Below are positions 9,094-19,250 of a stretch of 64,000 nt of DNA, piece after piece. Every line of letters starts with the position of its first letter. Position 1 is the first letter of the stretch. Location: sequence record PQ415074.1. One strand, 5' to 3'. This DNA is from Pseudomonas phage Baskent_P6. A program made the position numbers and the translations under genes. The notes below the pieces were generated by a model. It did not search any database. It was not told the DNA's origin and was given only the letters and a program-made list of their open reading frames with translations.

Positions 9094-10386
9094 ATGACCG
9101 CAAGCAAAACCACCATGCGTTACGGTGATCCGAACGCGATGATCCAACAGGCCGCCGGCTTGTTCGCGCTCTGCCAGGGCCGCAACTCGACCCTGAACCG
9201 TCTGACCGGCAAGATGCCGAGCGGCACCAGCGACGCCGAGAAGAAGACCAAGGGCCAGTCGAGCCTGGAGCTTCCCATCGTCCAGGCCCAGGACCTGGGC
9301 CGCAACAAGGGCGACGAGGTGCGTTTCCACTTCGTGCAGCCGGCGAACGCCTTCCCGATCATGGGTAGCGAGTACGCCGAGGGCAAGGGCACTGGCCTGA
9401 AGATCGGCAGCGACCAACTGCGCGTCAACCAAGCCCGCTTCCCGGTGGACCTGGGCGATGTGATGTCGCAGATTCGCAACCCCTACGACCTGCGCCGCCT
9501 CGGCCGTCCGAAGGCGAAGTGGTTCATGGACGCCTATCTGGACCAGTCCATGCTGGTTCACCTGGCCGGCGCCCGTGGTAACCACTACAACAAGGAGTGG
9601 TGCCTCCCGCTGGAGACGCACCCGAAGCTGGCTGACATGCTGGTCAACCGCGTCAAGGCGCCGACCAAGAACCGTCACTTCGTGGCCAGCGCCGATGCCA
9701 TCACTGGCGTTGCGCCGAATGCGGGGGAGTACAACATCACCACCGCCGACGTGCTGGACGTGGATGTGGTCGACTCCATCGCCACCTACATGGACCAGAT
9801 CGAGCTGCCGCCGCCGCCCGTGAAGTTCGAGGGCGACGAGGCCGCTGAGGATTCGCCGATCCGCGTCCTGCTGTGCTCGCCGGCCCAGTACAACAGCTTC
9901 GCCAAGCAGGAGAAGTTCCGTAGTTGGCAGGCTGCCGCACTGGCACGCGCGTCGAACGCCAAGCAGCACCCGATCTTCCGCGTCGATGCGGGCCTGTGGT
10001 CCAACACCCTCATCATCAAGATGCCGAAGCCGATCCGCTTCTACGCGGGCGACACCATCAAGTATTGCGCCGACTACAACTCGGAAGCCGAGTCGAGCGC
10101 CGTGGTGCCGGATAGCTTCGGCAATCAGTACGCGGTGGACCGCGCCCTGCTGCTGGGCGGTCAGGCCCTGGCGCAAGCCTGGGCGGCTTCCGAGCACTCC
10201 GGCATGCCGTTCTTCTGGTCCGAGAAGGACATGGACCACGGCGACAAGCTGGAACTGCTGATCGGCGCGATCCTCGGCTGCTCCAAGATTCGTTTCGCCG
10301 TCGAGGCGACCAACGGCCTGGAGTACACCGACCACGGCGTGATGGCGATCGACACCGCGGTCAAGATCATCGGCCCCCGCAAGTAA
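9094..10386 (+). CDS. Major capsid (coat) protein, P22 coat-like
   Basis: 430 aa right after the scaffold; order and size as for P22 gp5-type coat. Confidence 0.75.
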   Translation: MTASKTTMRYGDPNAMIQQAAGLFALCQGRNSTLNRLTGKMPSGTSDAEKKTKGQSSLELPIVQAQDLGRNKGDEVRFHFVQPANAFPIMGSEYAEGKGTGLKIGSDQLRVNQARFPVDLGDVMSQIRNPYDLRRLGRPKAKWFMDAYLDQSMLVHLAGARGNHYNKEWCLPLETHPKLADMLVNRVKAPTKNRHFVASADAITGVAPNAGEYNITTADVLDVDVVDSIATYMDQIELPPPPVKFEGDEAAEDSPIRVLLCSPAQYNSFAKQEKFRSWQAAALARASNAKQHPIFRVDAGLWSNTLIIKMPKPIRFYAGDTIKYCADYNSEAESSAVVPDSFGNQYAVDRALLLGGQALAQAWAASEHSGMPFFWSEKDMDHGDKLELLIGAILGCSKIRFAVEATNGLEYTDHGVMAIDTAVKIIGPRK

Positions 10387-10444
10387 GCGACAAGGGTCGG
10401 TGATCCCGGCCCTTTCCTTCGTCCAGATTGAAAGGAGGCCCGTT

Positions 10445-10924
10445 ATGGCCCAGTACAAGACCATCCCGCTCGGCGGCCAGTTCGGCGGTGTCACGCCGTA
10501 TGGCAACCTGACCACCCTGCGTTACCAGCTCGCGACCAACGCGGCCGGCGTTCTGCTCAACAGCAATGCCGCCGCCGCGCTGGCGGTTGGCGATGTCGTG
10601 GCGTTCGAGTTCCCGTTGCCCGCCGGCTTCGTCGCCGAAGACCTGCAACTGGTGATTTCCGACCACTTCGGTGCTGGCGTGACCGCTGACGTGGGCTTTG
10701 CCTACGCCGACGGCGTGGACGACGCGACCTATCCGCAGGACGCCGCATATTTCGGCGCTGGCCTGCTGCTGTCGGCCGCTGCGCGCCTGCGCACCAGTTC
10801 CAGCAAGGCGCTGTTCGCGCTGCCCAAGGACGCCAATCTGGTTATCACCATCAAAGGCGCTGCCGTCGCGGAGGCGGGCAAGCTCCAGGTGATCGTCCTC
10901 GGCGAGCGCCTCGGCGCAGTCTAA
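10445..10924 (+). CDS. Hypothetical head protein
   Basis: Strong RBS aaaggagg before ATG 10445; 159 aa. Confidence 0.5.
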   Translation: MAQYKTIPLGGQFGGVTPYGNLTTLRYQLATNAAGVLLNSNAAAALAVGDVVAFEFPLPAGFVAEDLQLVISDHFGAGVTADVGFAYADGVDDATYPQDAAYFGAGLLLSAAARLRTSSSKALFALPKDANLVITIKGAAVAEAGKLQVIVLGERLGAV

Positions 10925-10988
10925 GCGCCGCCGCCCCACGAAGGGCTGGCCCGTGCTGGCCCTTCTGTCACGCAGGAGTAGGACATTC

Positions 10989-11861
10989 ATGAAACCCATC
11001 CTCATCGCCACCATCGCCCACGCGATCAATTCCGCCTACTGCCTCGCCATCGGCGACAAGGTGGCACCACCGTTCGCCGAGTGCCCGGAAGACATGCAGC
11101 GCGGCATCCTGGCCGGCGTGCAACTCCACCTGGACAACCCAGACACCACCCCCGAGCAGTCCCATGAGTCCTGGCTGGCGGACAAGCTGGCCAACGGCTG
11201 GGTCCATGGCGAGGTCAAGGACTTCGAGGCGAAGACGCACCCGTGCTGCGTTCCCTACGCCGAGTTGCCCGAGTCGCAGAAGGTCAAGGACTATCTGTTC
11301 CGCGCCGTGGTTCATGCACTCAAGGACATCCCGGACGCTGGGAGCCTGGACGCCGACGCGCGCGTGGCTGAGTTGCAAGACCAACTCAACGAGGTGCTAG
11401 GCAAGAATGCGGCCCTGGTGGCGCAGATGGCGAGCGACGGCGTTCCCATGCTGGATAACGGCGTGCCCATCAAGTACATCGGCCCGCGGGAAAGCTTCAC
11501 CGACCGCCTGTATGGCTCCGGGCTGATGTTCACCCAAGGGCAGGTGCGTAGCGTGCCCGGCGACCTGGCGCGTCGATTCCTCAACCATCGCGACCTGTTC
11601 AAGCGCTCCACCGGCCCCGCGCCGGCCGGCGACGACACCAAGCAGGTGATCGCGCAGGCTCAGCAGGCCCAGCAGGAGCGCGCTCGCAAGGAGGAAGACC
11701 TATCGGCCCTGCACCGGGAGGTGGACAACTTCGCCGACTTCACCAGCCTGGCGGCATTCGCCAAGGACCGCTACGGCCTGAACCTGGTCAAGCAGCACGG
11801 CTTGGCGCGTTCCCGTGATGCCGTCCACGCGCGCATCGACCAGTTCGGTGGCGCGGTATGA
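10989..11861 (+). CDS. RyR (ryanodine-receptor) domain-containing phage protein
   Basis: N-terminal segment HAINSAYCLAIGDK...ESWLADKLANGWVHGEVKDFEAKTHPCCVPYAELPESQKVKDYLFRAVVHAL matches the RyR-domain pattern. Preceded by the CGCAGGAGT RBS motif. Confidence 0.65.
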   Translation: MKPILIATIAHAINSAYCLAIGDKVAPPFAECPEDMQRGILAGVQLHLDNPDTTPEQSHESWLADKLANGWVHGEVKDFEAKTHPCCVPYAELPESQKVKDYLFRAVVHALKDIPDAGSLDADARVAELQDQLNEVLGKNAALVAQMASDGVPMLDNGVPIKYIGPRESFTDRLYGSGLMFTQGQVRSVPGDLARRFLNHRDLFKRSTGPAPAGDDTKQVIAQAQQAQQERARKEEDLSALHREVDNFADFTSLAAFAKDRYGLNLVKQHGLARSRDAVHARIDQFGGAV

Positions 11862-12535
11862 CGCTGTCCGACCTGATCCGCCGAGTTCGCACGGACGCGA
11901 ACGACATGGTGGAGCCGTATTTCTGGTCGGACCAGGACGTGGCCGACTGGCTCAACGATGCAGTGCGCGAAGCCGCCGTGCGCGGCAGGCTGATCCACGA
12001 GAGCCAGGCCGACGCCGTGTGCCGCACCGAGGTGGTCGCCGGAACTGCCGTCTACCAGTTGCATGCGTCGCTATACGAACTGTCGCACCTGGGCTTCTAC
12101 CCGGCCGATATGTCGCGCCCGACCATGCCGGTGCTGAAGTCGGCCGAGGTGCTGGACGTGGAGCTGCCGGAATGGCGCGCATGCACCGGCAAGCCGCTGT
12201 ACGCAATCCAGGGCGACACTTCGCTGCGCCTGGTGCCAACCCCCGACCGGGCTGGCATTCTGCGCGTGGAGGGCTACCGCACGCCCCTGGCTGACATGGC
12301 GCTGGCCGACAAGGACACCGCGCAGCCGGAGATTCACGCCGAGCACCACCGGCATCTGGTCCAGTGGGCGCTGCATCGCGGCTTCAGCATCCCCGACATG
12401 GAGTCGTTCGATCCGAACCGCGCCGCGCTGGCCGAAGCCGCTTTCACGGCCTACTTCGGCGAGCGCCCCGACTCCGACCTGCGGCGCATCACCCGTGAGG
12501 ATGTTCCTCACCATGTAGAGGCATTCTGGCCATGA
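11858..12535 (+). CDS. Head-tail adaptor/connector-like protein
   Basis: 225 aa, start overlaps upstream stop; position after the head genes. Confidence 0.45.
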   Translation: MTLSDLIRRVRTDANDMVEPYFWSDQDVADWLNDAVREAAVRGRLIHESQADAVCRTEVVAGTAVYQLHASLYELSHLGFYPADMSRPTMPVLKSAEVLDVELPEWRACTGKPLYAIQGDTSLRLVPTPDRAGILRVEGYRTPLADMALADKDTAQPEIHAEHHRHLVQWALHRGFSIPDMESFDPNRAALAEAAFTAYFGERPDSDLRRITREDVPHHVEAFWP

Positions 12536-12738
12536 GCAAGAAGATGAGCGTGGACCTGAAGGTCGGAGAGGTACTGCTGATCGATGGTACTGCCATCCGC
12601 CTGGAAAAGAAGTCCGGGCAGGTGGCGCGCCTGCAGATTTCGGCCGACGAAGGCACCGTTATTCAAAACCCCGCAGCAGCGCGCAGGAGTGCGCTCCAAG
12701 ACCTGGAGCACACCCCTGATGGCAAATACCCTCTATGA
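12532..12738 (+). CDS. Small hypothetical protein (68 aa), translationally coupled
   Basis: ATGA overlap with upstream gene. Contains the GCGCAGGAGTGCG hairpin serving the next gene. Confidence 0.4.
   Translation: MSKKMSVDLKVGEVLLIDGTAIRLEKKSGQVARLQISADEGTVIQNPAAARRSALQDLEHTPDGKYPL
12680..12692 (+). promoter_or_regulatory. GCGCAGGAGTGCG hairpin-embedded Shine-Dalgarno, copy 1 of 3 exact copies (others at 13135..13147 and 18619..18631; weaker CGCAGGAGT at 10970..10978)
   Basis: Exact 13-mer occurs three times, each 3 to 30 nt upstream of a structural-gene start. Stem GCGC/GCGC with AGGAGT loop. Confidence 0.5.
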
Positions 12739-13126
12739 CTATGCCCGCCAGCGCTTCCTGGAGGGCCAGTTCAACTGGATGACCGACACGATCAAGGTGA
12801 TCCTGGTCGATACCGGCGCCTACACGCCGCAGACTGCGATCCACCAGTACCTGTCGGATATCCCGTCGTCGTCCCGGATCGCTGGCCCGGTCACTCTTAC
12901 CGCGAAGACCACCACTGGCGGCGCCGCCGACGGTGCGGATGTGACGTTCACCAGTGTGTCCGGCGCGAGCATCGAGGCAATCATCATCTACAAGGACACC
13001 GGTACCGAGTCCACCAGCCCGCTGATTGCATTCATCGACACGGCTACCGGCCTGCCGATCACCCCCAACGGCGGCGACATCATCGTCACCTGGGATAACG
13101 GCACCAACAAAATCTTCAAGGTCTGA
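12719..13126 (+). CDS. Hypothetical virion protein
   Basis: ATG 12719 (MANTLYDY) inside track ORF 12584..13126; preceded by the GCGCAGGAGTGCG motif. Confidence 0.5.
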   Translation: MANTLYDYARQRFLEGQFNWMTDTIKVILVDTGAYTPQTAIHQYLSDIPSSSRIAGPVTLTAKTTTGGAADGADVTFTSVSGASIEAIIIYKDTGTESTSPLIAFIDTATGLPITPNGGDIIVTWDNGTNKIFKV

Positions 13127-13149
13127 GCGCCTGCGCGCAGGAGTGCGAA

Positions 13150-13575
13150 ATGCAAGGGCATCAACACCCGCACGAGAAGAATGCCGGCTGTCACTGCGTG
13201 GCATGCCGGCCGCTTGAACGCCCCTGTGATTGTGAGGGCTGCATGAGGCTGATGAGTGGCTCGGGCAAGCCGCCAGCGCAGGGTATCGGTGTCAAGGGTA
13301 TCGAGCCCAGGCCCATTGAACTGACGCCGAGCCAGGAAATGTACGTCAACTGGAAGGCTGTAGGCGCCTTGCCTCCGTTCCAGATGTTCGTTCACGAGCA
13401 GGCTCCATGTCCGCCCGACCGCTGCCAGCAGCAGTGGGCTATCGACTACGGTGTGCGCTACGGCGCCCAGGTCGGAGACAGGGTGCTGCTGGAGCGCTAT
13501 GCCCAGTGGCACCAGGCGAAAGGCTACTGGCCAGACGAAACGATCCTCGGTCAACCGGTTGAAGGAGCGAATTAA
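13150..13575 (+). CDS. Cys-rich hypothetical protein (CHCVAC, CDCEGC)
   Basis: 141 aa; RBS embedded in the GCGCAGGAGTGCG motif 3 nt upstream. Confidence 0.5.
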   Translation: MQGHQHPHEKNAGCHCVACRPLERPCDCEGCMRLMSGSGKPPAQGIGVKGIEPRPIELTPSQEMYVNWKAVGALPPFQMFVHEQAPCPPDRCQQQWAIDYGVRYGAQVGDRVLLERYAQWHQAKGYWPDETILGQPVEGAN

Positions 13576-14432
13576 TGGCCGACACCATCGACCTGGACGG
13601 CGAAAAATTCGTCTCTCCATCATTCGTCACCAGTGCGACATCGCTCGACGACATCTATACCGCCTGGGTGGCCGACTTCCAAGGCTCAACGACTGCCTAT
13701 AACCCTAGCTGGCCGAGCACCGATGATAGTGCGACGCTGCTACCAATCCCGCCGTTGTGGACCGGCGGGGCCGATAGGTTGGTTGTTTCAACCGAGTGCG
13801 GTGTGGAGATTGTCCCCTACCAGTTCACCTCGGCCAGTACGCACTACTCACAGGCGATCGCAGGAGTTAGCCGGTACTACTCGATCAACTGCGGGCTGCG
13901 CCTGGCGATTATCTTCCACCCGACTGGTGTCGACTCAGGTATTACCAGCTTTTCGGGCAACTACAACGCCGACCTGGCGCTATTTCGCGGCACGCATAAC
14001 CGATCCAGTGAAAACGTCCAATTCGTGGCGCGTGTCGTTCCGGGCAGGCAAATTGATGTGGCCATCAAGAACACCGCCCAAACTGCTGGACTCCCCATCA
14101 AGCTGGTGGTCCTCAACGGCACCACTGTGGTGTCTTCCACCGACCTGACTACGATCGTTCAGGGTGGTGTCACACTGGTGACATGCTCCATCTACGGTGG
14201 AACCGTCTCGGGCACCGTCGTGGACCAGGCTGGCCAGCCTGCTACCCGCATCGTCCATGTTCACGAGCGCGAAACAGGGTCGGTGATCGGTAGAGGACGC
14301 AGCGACTCATCAGGTCTGTTCGAAATTCCGGTCATCGCGAAGGTGGGTACCACCATGTACGTAGTCGGCCTGGACGATGAGAACTCGCCGCTGATCAACG
14401 CTGTGATCGCCGATCGCATCGTGCTGGAGTAG
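13575..14432 (+). CDS. Virion structural protein (tail-associated)
   Basis: 285 aa, Ser/Thr/Gly-rich beta-type composition; in the tail module. Confidence 0.5.
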   Translation: MADTIDLDGEKFVSPSFVTSATSLDDIYTAWVADFQGSTTAYNPSWPSTDDSATLLPIPPLWTGGADRLVVSTECGVEIVPYQFTSASTHYSQAIAGVSRYYSINCGLRLAIIFHPTGVDSGITSFSGNYNADLALFRGTHNRSSENVQFVARVVPGRQIDVAIKNTAQTAGLPIKLVVLNGTTVVSSTDLTTIVQGGVTLVTCSIYGGTVSGTVVDQAGQPATRIVHVHERETGSVIGRGRSDSSGLFEIPVIAKVGTTMYVVGLDDENSPLINAVIADRIVLE

Positions 14433-14434
14433 CT

Positions 14435-17398
14435 ATGACCACGGGCGTAGAGCTGCGTTTTGACGCAGTACCCAGCGGCTACGTCCCCTCCAGCAGTCGC
14501 AACGTCACGCTGGGTGGCGGCCCGCCGGCGAACCTTCCCGAAGGAACCATCGGAGCTTGGGGCATTCAGCCACCGCTGCTCTCGCGCGATGCCCGGGTAG
14601 TGCGGACAATCCTTCCGGACCCGCACGCATCGGCGGATCTCGACTTCTCTACCGTTGACCCCGGCTACGTGCCGCCAGCGTCCAATGCTGTGCTGCTTCA
14701 GTGGGGTGAGTTGCCGCCGGTAGAGGGCCAAACGGTTTTCCCGGGCGGATTCAGCGATTCCATGGTACCGCCACCGGCGATCCGTACTCAGTATCGCTTT
14801 GTGTTGCCTGTAGGATCGTCGCACCAAGTGTTCGGCGCCGCCAAGGCTTGGAAGTACAGCACGTTCGTTTCGGCCTACGGCTTCAATTCGAACGTCATCG
14901 GATCCCACAACGCACAGAACAAGCACCGAACGGTTCAGCCGACCGGATTTGTCGCCTACCAAAGCGGGCAGGCGAACATCATCAACCGAAACCGCTATGT
15001 GGCGGCCGGCAACATTGCGCCGCCGCCGTGGGGCGCGAATCCCACGGTTTGGCTGTACACCCGCTACCTGAAGCCTGGCGGCCTACTGGCGACCGCGATC
15101 CCGGATGTCCACCGCATCAGCCACGAACGCCAGTTCGTGCAGCTCAATGCTGGTGTTCCAGCGCCAGGCATGGGGACGGCATGGGTCAGTCAGGGAACGC
15201 GCGTTCTGGAGCCCATTGGCACGTTTCTGGATGCCGTGGCCAGACCTATGGTCGGCGGCACGCGCTTCTTGGAGCCGCCAGGCTGGGATTCCTCGGCATT
15301 CGGCACGCGGATCATTCCCGAGTCGCAGACGGTCGCGCCTCAAGGCTTCGCCGAGTTGTGGGGGCAGCAGGCGATCAACAACTGGCTCACCTTTGCCGAG
15401 CCGGCCGGATTCCAGAGCACCGTCCAGGAAGAATACCGCTGGGGCCGCGCAGACGTGTGGAACCTGCGCCAGTACGTGGTCCAGGAGTACGACCCGGACA
15501 GCGAGTTGAACCCGCCACCCTGGTCGCAGTGGACGCTGGTGGAGAACCGAAACCGTCAAGTGGGCACCATCGGCATGCCTTCGCCGCCAGCCGGCTTCCC
15601 GCAGATCGACAACAATGCCAGGCCGATCCTGCCAGGCGGCGTGGCGCCGCCGCAGATCACCACCGCAGCCATGATTGCCTACGGCCGCCGTTACCTGCCG
15701 CTGGAAGGCATCGAACCGCCGCCGATCCTGAATTGGCATGCCGTCTACAACGGCGCGAGGGTGTTGGTGCCGACCGGGAATGCGCAAAGCGCTTTCGGTG
15801 TTGCGAGACTGGAGAACACGCGGCGTTACTTCGACCGCATCGGCGGCTTCGACTCGGCGGATATCGGCATCGCGTTCATCGATTTCGCCATTCGCGGTAT
15901 CAGCATCGAGCCGCGCTACAGCATCGAGCCGCCGGATATCAAGTTGCCCGAGGTCAAGCTGTACACGCGCTATGTCGATCCGGCAAGCAACGACATGCTG
16001 AACATGGGCCTGGCGGCTCTGTCGATCCACTTCAACGCGATCGGGCCGAGGTGGGCGCACAAAGACCTGTTCGGCGATCCGCGCATCCACAACGTGACGC
16101 CGGAGGTCGCGACCTTCGGGGCGAACGCCGAGGAATTCGGTTCGGCCTTCGTGCGCCTGCAATGGCGTCCGGTGGCGCCGGACGGCAGCAACATGCAGTT
16201 GTTCGGCCAGGCAAAGATCGCCGACCGCAAGCAGACCATCACGGTTCCAGGCACCAACCTGCTCAGGATGGGCGACAAGCTGGTGGTGACCAAGACCGGC
16301 GCGCCGCCGTACTCGCCGCAGAACATCATGGTTGATCAGGCGGTTAACACCGGAGCGGTGCTCGGAAAGCCCGGTCTGAATCAGTACGTCCTGTACGCGA
16401 CAGGCATCCGGGCGCCGGACATCGAGGAGCCAACGGTGCGCATCATGGGCGTGAACATCGACGCTGGCATCAAGGTGGACGGCTACGGCATGCCAGCCGT
16501 GAGCTTGAAGCTGCGCAAGCTGACGGTGGACGAGTGGCCCGATGCTGAAGTGTTCCAGCCATCCAAGCCGCGCATCACGCCGCACACCATCTGGGCGGTG
16601 AAGGAGGCACCCGAGCAGGCTAAGCAGAACCATCCAGCCGGTAACCTGCACTATGTAGGGGAAACGCTGGTTTATCCTCCGGGCGAGCGGTTCGGCTCGG
16701 CGCGCATCAGCACCTACTTGGGCATCCTCAAGCCATTCCCGCTGGGCGACGTGTCGAAGGTGGGTGAGCACGCGATCTACCTGAAACGTCGCTACCTAGA
16801 GCCGCGGGGTCTGCAGGCGTATCGCATGGGGTGGGCGATCGTGGGTGATGGCACCCAGTTCGTGGCGCAGTTCGCCGGTGCTGATTCGATGTCACTGGGG
16901 GCGCCTGCTGTAGCCCGTGGCCCCTACTACGGCCCGCAAACGGTTCGGCCTGCTGGTCTGCTGGCCCCTGGCCCAGGTGGGGCGACATGGGTATCGCTGC
17001 TGGATCGTCGACTCCAGATGACCGGACTCTCGTCGCTGGCTATGGGGTATTCGCGTGGAGAGGGTCCGTACCAGTGGCAGTCGCTGCATGTTGGGCCGCC
17101 GATGCCGACCATTCCAAGCGGTACCGACACATCAGCATTCGGCACAGCCTGGGTTTCGCTGCGGGTACGAGGGGTTGAGCCGGACGGCTGGGAGTCGTTC
17201 ATCTGCGAATACGACCCGTCGCACTTCGCGGATCGCATGCGAGTCCGCAACGTCTTCATCCCACCGGGTCCAAATGCCCAGTCCGTGGCACCTGTAGGGT
17301 TGGATTCAGTGGGTGTGGGCGTGCCCAATGTGCGGCCAGGTGTCCACTACATCCGCCCTGACGGCAACGCCGATCAGTACCGCAAAGGAGCCTTCTGA
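14435..17398 (+). CDS. Large virion structural protein (987 aa) with recurring R-x-LEP-x-G motifs
   Basis: Repeats TRVLEPIG, TRFLEPPG, RRYLPLEGIEPPP, KRRYLEPRG, RVRGVEPDGW read in the translation. Confidence 0.55.
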   Translation: MTTGVELRFDAVPSGYVPSSSRNVTLGGGPPANLPEGTIGAWGIQPPLLSRDARVVRTILPDPHASADLDFSTVDPGYVPPASNAVLLQWGELPPVEGQTVFPGGFSDSMVPPPAIRTQYRFVLPVGSSHQVFGAAKAWKYSTFVSAYGFNSNVIGSHNAQNKHRTVQPTGFVAYQSGQANIINRNRYVAAGNIAPPPWGANPTVWLYTRYLKPGGLLATAIPDVHRISHERQFVQLNAGVPAPGMGTAWVSQGTRVLEPIGTFLDAVARPMVGGTRFLEPPGWDSSAFGTRIIPESQTVAPQGFAELWGQQAINNWLTFAEPAGFQSTVQEEYRWGRADVWNLRQYVVQEYDPDSELNPPPWSQWTLVENRNRQVGTIGMPSPPAGFPQIDNNARPILPGGVAPPQITTAAMIAYGRRYLPLEGIEPPPILNWHAVYNGARVLVPTGNAQSAFGVARLENTRRYFDRIGGFDSADIGIAFIDFAIRGISIEPRYSIEPPDIKLPEVKLYTRYVDPASNDMLNMGLAALSIHFNAIGPRWAHKDLFGDPRIHNVTPEVATFGANAEEFGSAFVRLQWRPVAPDGSNMQLFGQAKIADRKQTITVPGTNLLRMGDKLVVTKTGAPPYSPQNIMVDQAVNTGAVLGKPGLNQYVLYATGIRAPDIEEPTVRIMGVNIDAGIKVDGYGMPAVSLKLRKLTVDEWPDAEVFQPSKPRITPHTIWAVKEAPEQAKQNHPAGNLHYVGETLVYPPGERFGSARISTYLGILKPFPLGDVSKVGEHAIYLKRRYLEPRGLQAYRMGWAIVGDGTQFVAQFAGADSMSLGAPAVARGPYYGPQTVRPAGLLAPGPGGATWVSLLDRRLQMTGLSSLAMGYSRGEGPYQWQSLHVGPPMPTIPSGTDTSAFGTAWVSLRVRGVEPDGWESFICEYDPSHFADRMRVRNVFIPPGPNAQSVAPVGLDSVGVGVPNVRPGVHYIRPDGNADQYRKGAF

Positions 17399-18588
17399 TG
17401 GCCACGACTTCCCTGGTGCCGCTGGCCGGCATCAACAACGTCGCCGAAGATGCCGCGCTGCAACGCGGCGGCGAGAGCCCGAGGCTCTATGTGCGTGACG
17501 CGGTGAACATAGACCTGTCGCCGGCCGGCAAGGCGCAACTGCGGGCCTCTTCGCGCCAGGTCACGGACCAGCCGTTCCGCCAACTCTGGCAAAGCCCACT
17601 GCACGGCGACGCCTTCGGCGCCCTGGGCGACCAGTGGGGAAAGGTCGATCCGCATTCATGGACGTTCGAGCCGCTCGCACAGATCGGCGAAGGGGACCTG
17701 TCCCACGAGGTGCTGAACAATCGGGTGTGCGTCGCCGGAACGGCGGGCATCTTCACCTACGATGGCGCGAAGGCCGAGCGCTTGACGCTGGACACCCCGG
17801 CGCCGCCGCTGCTGGTGGCAGGCGCCGGATCGTTGAGTCAAGGCACCTACGGCGCGGCTGTGGCGTGGCTGCGCGGCCCCCAAGAGTCGGCGCCGTCGCT
17901 GATCGCCTTCGCGGACGTGACCGATGCCGGCGCGCTGGAAGTCACCTTTCCGCTGTGCCTGGATGCCAGCGTTACCGGCGCGCGCCTCTACCTGACGCGA
18001 GCGAATGGCGGCGAGTTGCTGTTGGCCGGCGACTACCCGCTGGGCGCGGCCACGCTCATCCTGCCGACGCTACCGGAGCTGGGTCGACCGGCGCAGTTCC
18101 GCCACCTGTCGCCCATGCCCACCGGCAAGTACCTGGCGTACTGGCGCGGGCGCCTGCTGACCGCGCGCGCTAACGTGCTGCGATTCTCCGAAGCGCTGAC
18201 GTACCACCTGCATGATGAGCGTTACGGGTTCGTGCAGATGCCCCAGCGCATTACCTTCCTGCAGCCGGTGGACGGCGGGATCTGGGTGGGGCAGGTTGAT
18301 CACGTCGCCTTTCTCGATGGTATCGACCCGGCAAGCCTGAGCGTGTCGCGCCGTGCATCGCGGGCTCCGGTGCCTGGTAGTGCGATCCTGGTCCCCGCCG
18401 AGGCGGTAGGCACCAACGCATCACCGGATGGCTCGCCGGTCGCCGTGTGGCTGGCGGAGAACGGCTACGTCATGGGCACCAGCAGTGGCGCCATCGCCGA
18501 AGTTCATGCGGGCGTGCTCACCGGTATCACCGGCCGTGCCGGTACCTCTGTAGTGTTCGACCGCCGTCTGCTGACGGCTGTAAGCTGA
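17398..18588 (+). CDS. Virion structural protein
   Basis: 396 aa; ATGA overlap with upstream gene. Confidence 0.55.
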   Translation: MATTSLVPLAGINNVAEDAALQRGGESPRLYVRDAVNIDLSPAGKAQLRASSRQVTDQPFRQLWQSPLHGDAFGALGDQWGKVDPHSWTFEPLAQIGEGDLSHEVLNNRVCVAGTAGIFTYDGAKAERLTLDTPAPPLLVAGAGSLSQGTYGAAVAWLRGPQESAPSLIAFADVTDAGALEVTFPLCLDASVTGARLYLTRANGGELLLAGDYPLGAATLILPTLPELGRPAQFRHLSPMPTGKYLAYWRGRLLTARANVLRFSEALTYHLHDERYGFVQMPQRITFLQPVDGGIWVGQVDHVAFLDGIDPASLSVSRRASRAPVPGSAILVPAEAVGTNASPDGSPVAVWLAENGYVMGTSSGAIAEVHAGVLTGITGRAGTSVVFDRRLLTAVS

Positions 18589-18655
18589 ATCACCCCGAAT
18601 ATCGGGCCTTCAATCGCTGCGCAGGAGTGCGGCATGGGACTTCGGAGAGAACCCT

Positions 18656-19246
18656 ATGCAACGCATTAGCAGCGCTCTGCGCAAAGAACTGGCCGCCGAC
18701 CTGGCCACTGGTAGCTTCGACATCACCGAAAACGGCATTGCCTTCCCGCGGCTCAGCGTACTGGCCGGTGGCGAATACTTCGGCCGCATCAACAGCGGCG
18801 AGTGGGAGAAGGAAGGTGACAACCTGATCCCCACCGAGGGCCTGGCGCACATCCTCAACATTGCGCTGGGCAGCAAGCCCAAGGTGTCGTATTTCCTGGC
18901 CCTGTTCGCCGGGACGGCAGCACCTGCTGCCAACTGGACCGCCGCCAACTTCGCCGCGGTGGCCTCGGAGATCACCAGCATGACCGAGGGTTACACCAGC
19001 GCTACCCGCCCAGCCTGGACGCCGACCGATACCGCTACCGGTTCCATCGACAACATGAACGCGGTCGCGACCGTAACCATCGCCACGGCGTCGCAACTCA
19101 ACGTCAACGGCGCCGCGTTGCTGACCAACAGCACCAAGGGTGGCACCACGGGTGCGCTGGTATCGGCGTCGAAGTACGCGGCGACTCGTGTGTTCCAGAA
19201 CGGCGACACCTACGATATCGGCTACCGGCTGAACCTGACTGTCTAA
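18656..19246 (+). CDS. Virion structural protein
   Basis: 196 aa; GCGCAGGAGTGCG motif 25 nt upstream (18619..18631). Confidence 0.5.
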   Translation: MQRISSALRKELAADLATGSFDITENGIAFPRLSVLAGGEYFGRINSGEWEKEGDNLIPTEGLAHILNIALGSKPKVSYFLALFAGTAAPAANWTAANFAAVASEITSMTEGYTSATRPAWTPTDTATGSIDNMNAVATVTIATASQLNVNGAALLTNSTKGGTTGALVSASKYAATRVFQNGDTYDIGYRLNLTV

Positions 19247-19250
19247 GCCG

